From positions 1-64,000 of the forward strand of contig JAQGDQ010000470.1 of assembly GCA_030141605.1 (NCBI GenBank): a stretch of DNA of 64,000 nt, given 5' to 3'. Below, one piece after another: positions 25,201-36,700 of this stretch. The number at the start of each line of letters is the position of its first letter. The first letter of the stretch is position 1. The DNA is from Tubiluchus corallicola. Taxonomy: Eukaryota > Animalia > Priapulida. A model generated the notes under the pieces. That model made no database searches, was not told the DNA's origin, and was given only the letters and a program-made list of their open reading frames with translations. The translations under genes and the position numbers were made by a program.

Positions 25201-26547
25201 TTAAGCAGAGGTATAATGCATCCTATGGTGGTCAGCATAACCACACATTATGCTGTTGCTGTTTACTAATGAAACACGGCAGTTTATCAAAAGTAATTTA
25301 CGAATTATGGTGGGGGTAATTTTTTAACCCCCCCCCGGTTACCAAAATCGGTTGTAAAAAATAGTGACCCTATAAGGGTTAATCAACATCGTAACCTATA
25401 TGGGCACCAATATTTTGTATTTTTGCAGTAAGCTGCGCAAAACGTACCGAAATTTGAGTTTGAAATGCCTAAAACACTTTTTTTAAAAGAAAACCGGATG
25501 ATTGTGTAAACATTAGTTCAGAATAAAGAATGCCCTAGAATATTGAAATCTACAATAGCTTTTTTAAATCAAAGCTTAGATTAAATAATAATTACCTTGG
25601 ATAGTCAAATTTCGTTAAATTTCCAAAGCTACGCGCTGCTCAGTGAATCTACTAAGATTGGCAACGGCGCCTTTTTGTCACGTGCGCTTGGCCGACAAAT
25701 AAAAGGCGGTACCGTGATAACCATTATCATGAACTGCAGTGTTAGTTTTTGACGTCTTATGACGTAAAGCCCATTTTCCTGACATCACGCGTTTAAACAG
25801 TAACACTTACGCAAGCGTGCTTGACGCGCAGGGGAAGACATCTGCCATTGCACAAACTGTGGTTAGTTTATGACGTAAGCAATAGCTGTGTTCCGTTGCC
25901 GTTAATTAAATTTCTAAGCTAATTATTCAAATATAAGAAGCAATTGCCAACTTCTATAGGCAAGAAAACATATTTTGCACAGTAAATTGAAATGAGATTG
26001 AGTCTAAACAATCGCCCGGTTTTCCTTTAAACAAAATACAGTAACGTGCTGCAAACTGCGGGTGGATTTAACCTCGTATGACTGACAAACTTTACCACAG
26101 TCGAAGATTCATGCATTACGTACAGTATTATTACATTTACAGAATAAATCTCACAGTATGGAAATGAGATCAACATCATTACCAATAAACCAAACAATGA
26201 GCAGACCCAGCACAGAAGTCCTCAACACTCTGGCCAATCGAATGGACAGGGTCCGCCTATCACAGCATGACATCAGAACAATGTGCCGTGCCAATGCTGA
26301 CCGCCAGCAAGCTTACATCGATGCACATATGTTTTACAGGAAGCAAGCAGAGAGGGAATCAACTAGAAGCTGTTCAACGCTTGCGTCCCAGAGTCCGCCA
26401 GACATGGTCAGTGTCGCAAGGTCATCCATGGAGGAGTTGAATTCCTTGCCTCCACGAGACAATCCTTCCAGGCAATCGCGTCGTGACCTTGAAGTTGTGG
26501 AGCAATCAGTGGACGACACGTTGCACCCACAGCAAGACTACGATTAG
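11959..26547 (+). CDS. ZP-domain (cuticlin-like) type I membrane / apical extracellular matrix protein, 10 coding exons, about 930 aa
   Basis: Exons 11959-11988, 12937-14185, 14778-14965, 17493-17656, 18359-18510, 19538-19619, 22349-22514, 23692-23893, 24314-24468, 26143-26547. All introns are GT-AG, phases match, total 2793 nt. Signal peptide MRRQILLLVLVILVQVAFA; P/Q/G/Y-rich region of about 400 aa; ZP-N (VECPPGANRMVVSFKFKINFVGRIYPKG...C...C); ZP-C (VTNCNAHDG...LIDDDGC...FKAFKFPDRQDVYFECHVHVC); furin site RRKR; TM FIVTVGLFATGLAVAMTICFILCI; cytoplasmic tail. Confidence 0.92.
12234..12693 (+). mobile_element. piggyBac-like MITE, family A copy 1 (ZP intron 1)
   Basis: TTAA|CCCTTTCA...TGAGAGGG|TTAA; closely similar copies at 20232 and 36311. 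Confidence 0.85.
15987..16225 (-). mobile_element. tRNA-derived SINE with (TAA)n tail
   Basis: Minus strand GGCGTAGCTCAATGGTAG (A box)...GGGTTCAACTC (B box), then core gtcataccaaagacttgaaaaatgg; related copy at 53340-53468. Confidence 0.7.
16420..17450. repeat. (ATG)n and degenerate (CAT/CAC/CGT)n low-complexity tract in ZP intron 3
   Basis: Directly visible; source of the poly-H/S/I ORFs. Confidence 0.9.
18760..19257 (+). mobile_element. LINE/SINE 3' end with stem-loop and expanded (ATT)/(ATTACT)n tail
   Basis: Hairpin aagggcagc...gaccaattggtc...gctgtcctt (18824-18866), then AATAAA at about 18923 directly followed by the microsatellite 18932-19257. Confidence 0.55.
19659..19999 (+). mobile_element. 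Solo LTR (gypsy-like)
   Basis: Begins TGT, ends CA, flanked by a 4-bp direct repeat CAAC; internal TATA (gatatataagg, about 19771) and AATAAA (19931). Confidence 0.6.
20232..20718 (+). mobile_element. piggyBac-like MITE, family A copy 2 (ZP intron 6)
   Basis: TTAA|CCCTTTCA...TGAAAGGG|TTAA; aligns with 12234-12693. Confidence 0.85.
24761..25378. mobile_element. piggyBac-like MITE, second family
   Basis: TTAA|CTCTTATAGGGTCAC...GTGACCCTATAAGGG|TTAA (14/15 TIR match). Confidence 0.8.
25487..26026 (+). mobile_element. TTAA-targeting (Kolobok-like) MITE, family B copy 1
   Basis: TTAA|AAGAAAACCGG...CCGGTTTTCCT|TTAA; inverted copy at 59495-60028 and partial copy at 61320-61592. Confidence 0.75.
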
Positions 26548-27230
26548 CAAACATGGCTGGGATTAGCAATTCTTGTAAACTTAGTGTATATAACGAGTAT
26601 TTAGGATTTTAGTTAACATTATTCCATTCCGCCATGTAACTCTAGCACCTATTCTAAACTTATTGTAAGTATATGACATGCATAAGTTAAGCTAGTTTCC
26701 AGCAGTCGTGTCATGACGTCCTTACGAATTGACAAAATTAGTTTATAAACGAAATACCAATGACTTTAGGCGACCAGACAAGCAGCCATCCAGCATAGCT
26801 ACACAATAAACACAACCACAACGCCCCCCTGAAACTCCCACCACCACCACCACCATCCACGCTCAAGACACCAAACCGCGGAATGTTATTCAGCCGATTT
26901 TTAATTGCTTCTTTTTCTTGCACAAGCACCTGTAAGCGTACTTCTTCGAAAGAAAAGAGAAACAGACATTGGAAATATTGGGTTCGCTTGACAGCTACAT
27001 ATATGGTGATTCATCAAAGGACAACAACTTGTATATAACGATTTGATGAGCTCCAGTCAGTTTTTAGTACATCATCACACGAAATTGAATAGAAATATTG
27101 AACTTCTATACAAATCTTGCGTATATTTCTGCAAAAACGTAGCTAATTGTTTTAAAAAATACATGTCCATGTGCCAGTGCAAAAGTTTTATTCATCCAAG
27201 ACCCGTTACTGCAACCTATTAACACGTGGA

Positions 27231-27553
27231 TCGTATATATTAATCCTACTGGTGTATTATATATATATTTATATATATATATATAAGATTCGAGGCTATA
27301 GCTCGGACGACGGCACCATTTGCGGCGATCTATGCATCAAACGAAAGGTCTCGATCTAGTGTCGTGCCATTGGGGGTTTATTTTTCGAATCGGGCCCACC
27401 ACGAGGAACGGGGGAGGGGCGAAAAACCTCCAAAAATGGCCATTTTTCGGCCGTTTTTTTTGCAAAACTTATACGTCTGAGATCTGAAGAAGAGGAACGG
27501 GCCATGCGTGGTGCTGGCCATGGATAGATAGCCCGTTCAGCGGTGGGTGTCAT
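27231..27553 (+). mobile_element. 5' part of the same Helitron-like family, truncated
   Basis: tataagattcgaggcta...gcaccatttgcggcgatctat...tctcgatctagtgtcg...gggtgtcatag is the reverse complement of about 55310-55580; starts A|TC. Confidence 0.7.
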
Positions 27554-27762
27554 AGTTGGTATATTATTACCTAAAGAAGAAACAACTTAGAATAACTAAT
27601 GAATTTAATTGCCAGTTTATTATACTTAACTATTATTTATTTACGTTTGTTTGTAAACATACACGCAACACAAGAAAAAATAATACTGACAATTAAAAAA
27701 AGCTTGAAATTAAAACAGATTTGTCGTGTAACTGTATATGTATATATATTTTATATGCAATT

Positions 27763-28797
27763 TTAATAAGTAGACTGAGCATTTAGTACTGCAAGATGAA
27801 GGAGAGCCTCAAAGTCATGCTGAGGTAGTGTACACACATTACTGGTTGTGGGCACGTCTGGACAAGTAGACTGCATTTCTTCAACATTACCATTAAGTAT
27901 CATGCCAGGATCTCCCCAAGTAAACAGATCTCCGGTGTGTGCGCAACTACCAGAAGAGAGACTTATCTCATCGTCTGACAGTTTTTCAGATGAAATCCAA
28001 ATATCTGTAACCATTCCTCTAAAAGATTCGCCGGAATCAAACCCACCGCCCAGCGAATCTTGATCTTGTCCGAATACAAAATAACCATCGGCTAATATGC
28101 TTCCAGGGCCAACATAAAAATTCCCTGAAACCTGAAATTCGTCAGCATTTACTGCCCAACTTTTGTCATTACTGTCATAGCGAGCACAAATGTAATGCCA
28201 GTCACCGTCATTCCTCATATTCGCTCCTCCTGTGCCGCCAATCATGTTAGAATCTGATGGCATACCATTTATGGATATTTCCAATGAATTACCTTTCAAA
28301 CTAAAGTGAAACCATTCCTCAAAATTGCCGCCGTCTGGATCCGTGGCATATGAAAGAAATGTTTGCTCAAAATTACCTATACCCCCCGTGGCCAATTTCA
28401 CCCACATGCATGTGGTTATTGCGCCCAAAGGTTGTATTATAACATTATCTAGTTTGAGATAATCCGTGGAACTAAAACTAGGAAAATTAACCATTCTCCC
28501 AATATCTTCATACATCGCAACTTCAAAACATTCCGGTCTTACAGCTTTTACATCATTCACGAGAGAGCGAATTTCTTTCTTTTTTCGATCATACTGTTTT
28601 CTTGGATAAAACTGACGTCGTTTACGGTGTCTAATTCCGATGTTCTCAAACCTCTGGTGTGGTCGATCACCATAAACACTAGCGACGTTTCCAAGTCGAA
28701 ACTTCTTCTTGCTGTCAGTCCCTCCACTTGCAAATGATGTAAAAATGATTAATACTATTGCAACAAAAACACAGCAACAATGGGGTTTTAGTAACAT
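27763..28797 (-). CDS. Secreted pentraxin-domain protein (CRP/SAP/neuronal pentraxin-like), single coding exon, about 344 aa
   Basis: ATG at 28797 inside ORF 27763..28809. Hydrophobic signal peptide; basic pro-region ending RHRKRR; pentraxin motifs TTCMWV, TFLSYA, WHYICARYDS (variant of HxCxS/TWxS) and VFGQDQDSLGGGFDSGESFRGMVTDIWI. Confidence 0.88.
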   Translation of the reverse strand: MLLKPHCCCVFVAIVLIIFTSFASGGTDSKKKFRLGNVASVYGDRPHQRFENIGIRHRKRRQFYPRKQYDRKKKEIRSLVNDVKAVRPECFEVAMYEDIGRMVNFPSFSSTDYLKLDNVIIQPLGAITTCMWVKLATGGIGNFEQTFLSYATDPDGGNFEEWFHFSLKGNSLEISINGMPSDSNMIGGTGGANMRNDGDWHYICARYDSNDKSWAVNADEFQVSGNFYVGPGSILADGYFVFGQDQDSLGGGFDSGESFRGMVTDIWISSEKLSDDEISLSSGSCAHTGDLFTWGDPGMILNGNVEEMQSTCPDVPTTSNVCTLPQHDFEALLHLAVLNAQSTY

Positions 28798-29264
28798 TGT
28801 CGAACGCACACGTCACTGAAATCATGAACTTATTGTTTCGCTACGTTGTTTCACCTCGCGACGTCCCAATAATGTTAGTGTGACAGCCTGTTTAGTATCA
28901 ACAACTGTTTAAAGGCTTTAAAACTTTATAAATTTATAAAACGTCTTTAATAGTTGCAATATAGGTAAGGAGCATGAAAAGTGGGACGATACGAATTTAC
29001 AGCTTCATGCCAAGAATAACAACAAGGAAATTAGGCTTAAAGTACCGATAAAACGTGTTTTCATACAATAAAAACATTTGCACTTACAGCACTATAACCA
29101 CGGGACACATTTGATTTTAATTGTCATAACAATGACAGCATTTTACTTGTCTTTAATAGTAGATCAGTAGGCCTCCGTCACAAAGTACGACATATTAGCA
29201 ACGGTGATAAACAAATTGCTTAACCTGAGTTAGTGCACATTGTGTAAATATGCTGTAGTTATGG

Positions 29265-29676
29265 CAGGGGCGTAGCCAAGATCTAAAGTTAGGGGGCGCA
29301 ATCACATAACAAAAGCGCCACACGTAGAAAACAATTTTAATGCATTGATTTTGTGTTTAAGATTAAAACACGAGGAAGATACAGTTTAAAAGGACGTACA
29401 TAATTGTTATTTTGTATTTAAAATTAAAACACAGTAAAAGTTTTACGGTAGGGCTGCTAAATCTCAAAACTTAATCAAAACACTTGTGTTATTTAATTAT
29501 TTTAATTTTAGACGTAAAATGAGAACAAAATGAAGCATTAGGAAATACATATCATGAGGGAACTAAAATTGTTGAAATGGCGTAGCTTTAGTCCCAATTG
29601 TACAATTAAAAAATTGTTGAAAAATGTGTTTTGGGGAGCGACTGCTGTCCGTGCCCCCTTATTAGCTACGCCACCG
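29265..29676. mobile_element. hAT-like MITE
   Basis: Imperfect TIRs CAGGGGCGTAGC...GCTACGCCACCG; TSD not evident. Confidence 0.55.
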
Positions 29677-29727
29677 GTAACATGAAAATATACTTATTAC
29701 ACAATTTGTACCGAAACAACCAATCAA

Positions 29728-29852
29728 GGTAAAAAAGCCACAGGCAAAAAAGCCACAGGTGAAAAAGCCACAAGAAAAAAAGAAGTAACTCTAACCCTGA
29801 CCCTACCATAGCCAAATTTAATTGTGGCCTTTTTCCTGTGCCTTTATTACTG
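29728..29852. repeat. Short foldback element with (aaaaagccaca) subterminal repeats
   Basis: Three aaaaagccaca units, a taaccctgaccct core, then inverted tgtggcctttt and tgtgcctttat units. Confidence 0.55.
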
Positions 29853-30349
29853 GTCTAATGAAACAAAAGAGTCAGGATTGAAGCAAAAAATATAAGACTT
29901 ACCACTATAAAGTCCAATAAATTTAAATCAAACACTACTAGGTTAGTTTTCAGGAAGGGCAGTAATCAAAGATTAATGATTTGGCTCGCTTCTTCTAATT
30001 TAGTTCGCGTACTTTGAAAATTAAATCAGGAAGAGTTTAAATTCAACATTGCTAATAATTTTGGATGTACTTCAACACGATTTAGGTATATTTTTCACGT
30101 TTTACGTCCGCAAAAGTTTTAAAAAGGGACCGCACTCATTTCGTACAACACGTCATAAATACGCCAAAGTTTTCGCGTGAAATTCTAGACATGAGACTTT
30201 CTAGAAGAAAGAGGATTTTTATTTGCTGTGGCGGTTAAAAAAGGGAAGTAGGTGATACAGGACGCGACAAGCGATACTGGTTTTCGGGTTTGAAAAGCAT
30301 GAACACCAAGGCGAACTGCAACAAATTGTAATGGATGAAGAAAAATGCC

Positions 30350-30690
30350 TAGGTTATTTGAAAATGCAACCTGCAACCGTCCGAATTTTACTTGATTAAA
30401 TGTTCGGGATTGTATTTCACCTGAACAACGTTTTGTTGTTACGTTAAGGTAAACAAAGCGAACAACAAATTAACTGTACATTAGCATGAAATTATTACAG
30501 TATTCAAAATTTTGGTAAGTATCATTATATGTATACCATATAATATTTAATTAATAACTAATTATAATAATTAATGAGACATGCAATAAAATTTGGATAG
30601 CCTACAGTGAATTCAGGAAAGAGTACTAAACAAGCTTTAATGAATTACTTTATGTCTCCTGTTGGTTCAGTACCTTGGCAGCAGCGAAGT
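30350..30690 (+). mobile_element. Internally deleted PIF/Harbinger transposase relic
   Basis: Fragments GYLKMQPATVRILLD, NVRDCISPEQRFVVTLR and ALMNYFMSPVGSVPWQ match Harbinger N-terminal (YxRM...F..LL; ISPEERLxVTLR) and C-terminal (YF.SP.GSVPWQ) motifs. The DDE core is missing. Confidence 0.7.
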
Positions 30691-32179
30691 ACTGGCCAAA
30701 GGCTGTTTGACTGGTCGATTAACTTGGCTATTTTTCATTTAGTAGTTGTATGAGTTTGTACTTTTAGTGGATAGATGGCGCCAGCAAGCGGAGAGCGGTA
30801 AGCAATAATCAACAGATACACATTTTTTTAAAAATACAAGTAATGAGTACTGTATTTACAATATCCATTGCTTTATCATATTTGTATTTTACGTTTTAAA
30901 TAAAAACGAAGTTAAAACAGCAGTGAAGCCAAACAGTTACAGTTTAAATAAACTCTTGTGCAACTCATTTTGCATACCCATATATTACAATTTTACAGCG
31001 CACTTTCCCGTGGAATTTAAATGGACTGATTGTTTTCACTTCAAATAAAAAAGCGGTTTTTATTAAATAACTAACAATGTTTTGAAGCTTGTATTTTTTT
31101 CCATTGAAACAGCACATCTATGCAAGGACATTTTCAGAACAAAGTCGATATGCTGTTCCACTAATGTGTATATGTTTATATTTTCATACGTTTGCATCAC
31201 GTCTCCCCTGAACTCCTTTCTATTTCATTTCTCTTTTTCTCTATCTTTGTCTATTATTTTATCTTAACTATCTATCTATCTTTTATATCATCTCATATAT
31301 GAGCTTCATTGATTACACTATTCCATTCTGTAGCATTAAATGTTTCCTTTATCACACGTGTCACTTCAAATTTTCATTACTTTTTTTGCTTTCACAGTGT
31401 GGGACAATCTAACAAGCCCTGCTTTGTATATTTTGTATATATATAGCAAACCTAAACTATGGTATATCTAAATTACTTATGTGCTCAAAGTAAACTGTAT
31501 ATGTATTTACTAAGTAACATACAACAGCGATAATTCTGTTGTTTATCTTTCAACCCCACAGTGTTTGAGTCAAGTTAGTACATTTGTAATGATGCTGTAC
31601 ATCTATATCTGTTGTATACACACCAGTATTAAAGGAAATAGCAATATCACTATCTTTGTTTACCATAGGTTGACCTACATCTAAAGACAGTTTAAATCAT
31701 TTTTTCCAAAATTTGCTTCCTATTATGTATCTTACTGTTTGTTATTCATGTTTTGTTTCTTTTAATGTATTAGTGTTGATGTGAAATAAATAAACAAATA
31801 AGTACAATATAGATAAATGCATGAATCATAGAACCGCAAAATCAGACTTAAATTTACAGAAACATAAACTTCATAACAAAAACTAGATACATTTTACCTT
31901 CACTGTATTAACTTCAAAGGCCACTTCGACCAACCACTGCCTTGAAAAATCTCTATTACTCTATTTGGGATTACTTTCGTCATACAAAATACGGCTATTC
32001 TCTACGGGGTGTGCGATTTGTTTGTACGTGTCTGTGCAGATGCAGTGGAATGCTACCTTAGGCTCACAGAATCACATACCAACTATTTAGAGATCTATAC
32101 TTACAATTCTAAGAAAAAAAGTTTGTTTCATAAAACATTTGACATGAATTTAGTCTAAAGTGTTTGTAAACAGATGTGG

Positions 32180-32520
32180 TTACAGCCATGGACTATTTGT
32201 TGGCATCCTTCTATCTCGGAAGACAATGGGGTGTGCGCCAAGAGAGTCAGTTATTGATCACATTGATGGAACTGCAGCATCGACAGTGGCTGAGCAGTCC
32301 GATCCTTGAACGTTTCCAGGGCGCACGCCTGGGCAAGGTGTATGGAGATCCTGAGTTGCACAGACAACAGGAACCCTCTCTGCCGGAGTCAGTGAGCATG
32401 CTGCACTGATCCGCCTTCAGGGCTCTTGATTTGGAAGGTTTACTCCTCTACACATGGCCGTTGGGTCACTTGACCACCCCCCTAGCCGTTGGCTGCTTGT
32501 GCAGCTCCTCCACCTAGTGT
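32180..32520 (-). mobile_element. RTE-clade-derived short non-autonomous retroelement
   Basis: GC-rich island; minus strand encodes SRIGLLSHCRCC (RTE ORF2 terminal motif) followed by the RTE-type 3' end ccattgtcttccgagatagaaggatgcca. Confidence 0.65.
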
Positions 32521-33102
32521 CGAGATGCAGTGTGGGCATACTTTTTTACGTAGACTATTAGAGCATTAAATACAGCTCATATTAAATTATAATACGCACA
32601 TGTACACGAGCAGTAAATGCTAAGCCCCACCTCGCTCGGCGACTGTCATTAAATCTTACATTCAGCAGGGTGTAAATAAAATCATAATTGGTGCATCTTC
32701 CTAAACTGCCCAACTCACCGTTAATAGAGCATCCTGAAACTGAATTCATAATATGTAAAATATGCAGTTCTAGATAATAAGACACAATTTGATTATTTTC
32801 CGCGATGAAGAGAAATACTACATGTACTATGCTCGCCAGCAAAACTGCTAAAAGACAATTTATTTCTATCAAAATTTCTATATTTTCAATCCATTAATTA
32901 CAAGTAGGAATAATTATCATGAAACAACGATACATACTGTACAATGTCTTCCATAAACAGATAACAATTATTTTAATTTCTAGATATTATCCACAATCAC
33001 TATGACTTTACTGATAGTTTTTACAAACTGTAAAACTCGCGTTGGCGAATCAAAAATCAGGAATTATTTAATAACAAAACACTGAAGTATATGATTAAAG
33101 AA

Positions 33103-33227
33103 CAGCATTTGCAATGCAAAGATAACTTGTTTGGCCAGCATTTGCAATGCAAAGATAACTTGCTCAGCCAGCATTTGCAATGCAAAGATAACTTGCTCAG
33201 CCAGCATTTGCAATGCAAAGATAACTT
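33103..33227. repeat. 33-bp tandem repeat, about 3.8 copies, downstream of the USF stop
   Basis: cagcatttgcaatgcaaagataactt at 33103, 33136, 33169 and 33202. Confidence 0.9.
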
Positions 33228-33719
33228 CTTGGACAACAAATGAGTGATTCTGACCCGACGATAAAAATTACCAAGTAAAATGCACCTGATTTGTACCAAA
33301 GGCTTGTCTAATTTTCTAGCAACAATAACTTTTATATACACACACTCACATACACATACATGTATACTGTATATACACATACAATGAGGTCAACAAAAGC
33401 ATAGTGTATTAAATTTAACCTAAATATTGACTGTATTTTTGAAATTTTCCATGAACATTTGATTTTTTCACACAAAATTACAAACGACTGAAATGAAGCA
33501 ATTTTTTGTGGTTAAATTACCAAACTGTCCGGTTGTATGAGCAAAGCGAGGACAATTACGTTTTAGCAAAGAGACGTACCACAATTTTATTTTCAAAAAT
33601 GTAACAATTTGTGCCTATCTATGCATCATATCTGTAATTTTAACGTTGTCCTAAGCAAAAATTTTTTCTTTGATCCATTAATTACAAGGTTAATAATTAC
33701 AACTAGATATCAGTCAGCA

Positions 33720-36700
33720 TCATGTAGACCCAGTCACATCCGATGCTGGCATAATGCCATGCTGCTGCAGCTGTGTCCGTAATACGGCATTTTCGTTCTT
33801 TAATTCTTCGTACTGATTTCTCAAAAGCTCGTTATCTACCTAAATTTAAAAAGCAGACATGACAATCACGCCAACTCAGTCAGGTGTACGTACTATAAAG
33901 CGATATGTAAAAAACTTTTTTACATACCTGTAATCGTTCCATATCTTTTAAACTATCAGTCATTCTAACGGTGTTTGCTCTCAGCTCTTCTATATAGTCG
34001 ACAGTTTTGGCAAGAATCCCACCCTTACTCTGAATAACAAGAGAAAATGGAAGATTTATTCGTGTGCTATAAGTTAACAGATTAAATAGTCTCACATGCC
34101 CATATACTAGATTAAATCTAGCACAACAACATTGACAATAATATCACTCTACAGAGAGAGGTACAGGGATGAGAATGACAAATTGCAAAAAACTCTGAAA
34201 CAGGCCGGGGTTTGGGGGCCGCGTAGGACCCCATGGGTCACAAATTGCAATTTTGGGACCATAGAGAGCCTCTAATTGGACTTAAAATATCAATTACCTT
34301 GTTTCATGCATAATTCAAAATACCAAACTATCAGGATACATGATACCTAATTGTCTCAAAAATGCTCAAGTACTGACCGCGCCTATGCAAAAGTATATAA
34401 AAACTGTCTGCAAGTGACTCAAATAACTCCGCACAATTGATTCTATATTTTTATACATAGAGATATACACATGGTTACACTGATGTACGTGATGTAAACA
34501 AAGTGACAGCCTGCCAACTAGCGGTCAGTTTGTGAAATAATGTACTGGGTCCGTAAAAATTTTCTCAACGAATTTATGTGATTTACAAAAATGGCACTGC
34601 TAGTCTTAGTAAAACTCGGAATTCTGCATATCCGCAGAAAATTCTCATCCCTGGTTGCCCACCAACCCACGTACATTTCTTCCTAGTGTAATAAAAAATA
34701 AACCGACGGTAGGAAGACACAATGGATCTGACTGGATCCATCAATTCATGATCAACACAACTCTACGACAACAATTTACCTGATTCGATACTTGTCCTTG
34801 CTTACATTGATCAGTTATGCAATCGGGAACTATTTTGGCCAAAGCTAAAATCCAATTGTTGATCTTGTCTCGACGGCGACGTTCAACTGAAATTCACAAC
34901 TTTAAATTTTGAAAAAAATGGCAACATGGAAATTAATGAACTGAAAGTTGCAATAATCTAAAAAAAATTGTAATGATATTTTCGGTTAAGCCTGTTTACA
35001 ACAGGAATAAGAATGACAAATTGCAAAAAACTCTGAAACAGGCCATAGGCAGCAACAAATTGCAATTTTGTGACCATAGAGAGCCTCTAACTGGACTTAA
35101 AATACCAATTACCTTGTTTCATGCATAATTTAAAATACCCAACTATCAAGGATACACGATACCTAATTGTCTCAAAAATGCCTAAGTACTGGCCGCTCCT
35201 ATGCAAAAGTATATAAAAACTGTCTACAATTGATTCTATATTTTTATACATAGAGATATACACATGGTTACACTGATGTACGTGATGTAAACAAAGTGAC
35301 GGCCTGCCACCCAGCGGTCAGCTTGTGAAATAATGTACTGGGTCCGTAAAAATTTTCTCAGCGAATTTACGCGATTTACAAAAATGGCACTACTGGTCTT
35401 CCAAAAACTTGAAATTCCGCATATCCGCGGAAAATTCTCATCCCAGGTTTACGCTAATCTGTCAAGCAACAGACTTGACAACACATTTCATGCACTAAAA
35501 TTATTCTTCAAATACGTTTTTAATGACTCACAAGTTGTTTATAGCTTTCACGTGAAAAAATGTAAAATAACATTCAAGTGTTGCTAATAGATATTTTGCC
35601 TCTGTCCAAGGTGGCATTTACACATAATAAAAAAGTTTACATTACTTGTATGATTTTTGTGAAAGATTCATTCAAGCTTTCGTACTTTTATTGCTGAACA
35701 TCACAAAAGTGTAAACACGTAGCGAACACTGTGTCTCACATCCTCCAGCACAGAAAAATTTATCCTTCATATCAATTTTTTAACTATGTTTTAGCTAATA
35801 AATGAACTTGTTAATTTAAGTATTTCAGGAAGTACTTCACTTAGTAGTATATCATGCTGTTTTCACATTTTCTTGAACTAGTAAGTACTTCTGTTTGTTC
35901 TTAAAGTTACTTTTGCAAAGTTGCATCACCTTCGTTATGGGTTTGCCTCCGTCGTTCATCGCGTCCACCAACTCGACCTGAACCGTCTGGTTTTGATCCG
36001 TAGTTTGACCTCGGCGCCAAATTTCTCTGTACGCCTCCGTGCAGAACATCAGACGGTGACATCATCACATAAAATTGTCCTAAAAAAGAACCCTCAATTT
36101 GTAGAACACGTGTAAAACTGTGTAATCCACAAACGAAAATACGGCACCCAATGCATAAAAGCTAAAAAAAAGCAAACAGAACTCTTTACAAAAACTATTT
36201 GCAAGAACTCGCTCATTTCTTTCCTCGTTGTCCACACAAATTCAAAGCTTACAATAAAAAACACATGTGAACCAGCAGCCATAAATTCCAAGCTACAGGA
36301 TATGCATTAACCCTTTCAGTCCCAAATTATTTTTTTAATAAGAAAAAATTTTTTGGCTTGGTACTTCAGTATGTCCATCTTCTTTACGCATAATAATTAT
36401 TTTCTTTCTACCTGTGCCCGCGTGCTACATTGGGATTCAATGGAAGCATAAAATGCGTTTCATTTTGCGACTGCCGATAATTTTTTAAAGTATTTAAGAC
36501 ATTTAGTATGCACGCTATGCTGATCTGTACAAAGTCATCTCTAAAGTACTGTACCTTGCGTAGTTTTTTATGCTATGTACATTTTTTAGTTTGCCATTTT
36601 ATCACCATTTTTAGTCTATTGTTATTGGCTTAAATCAAAATAACTATTAACAGATCAAATAACTGTCAGTTTTAAAATTTTATTAATTTTAAAGGCAGAA

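Noticed and set aside
26760-27040. GC-richer stretch reading LKLPPPPPPSTLKTP after the ZP stop
   Set aside because: No convincing start or splice sites and no recognisable domain; probably ZP 3'UTR.
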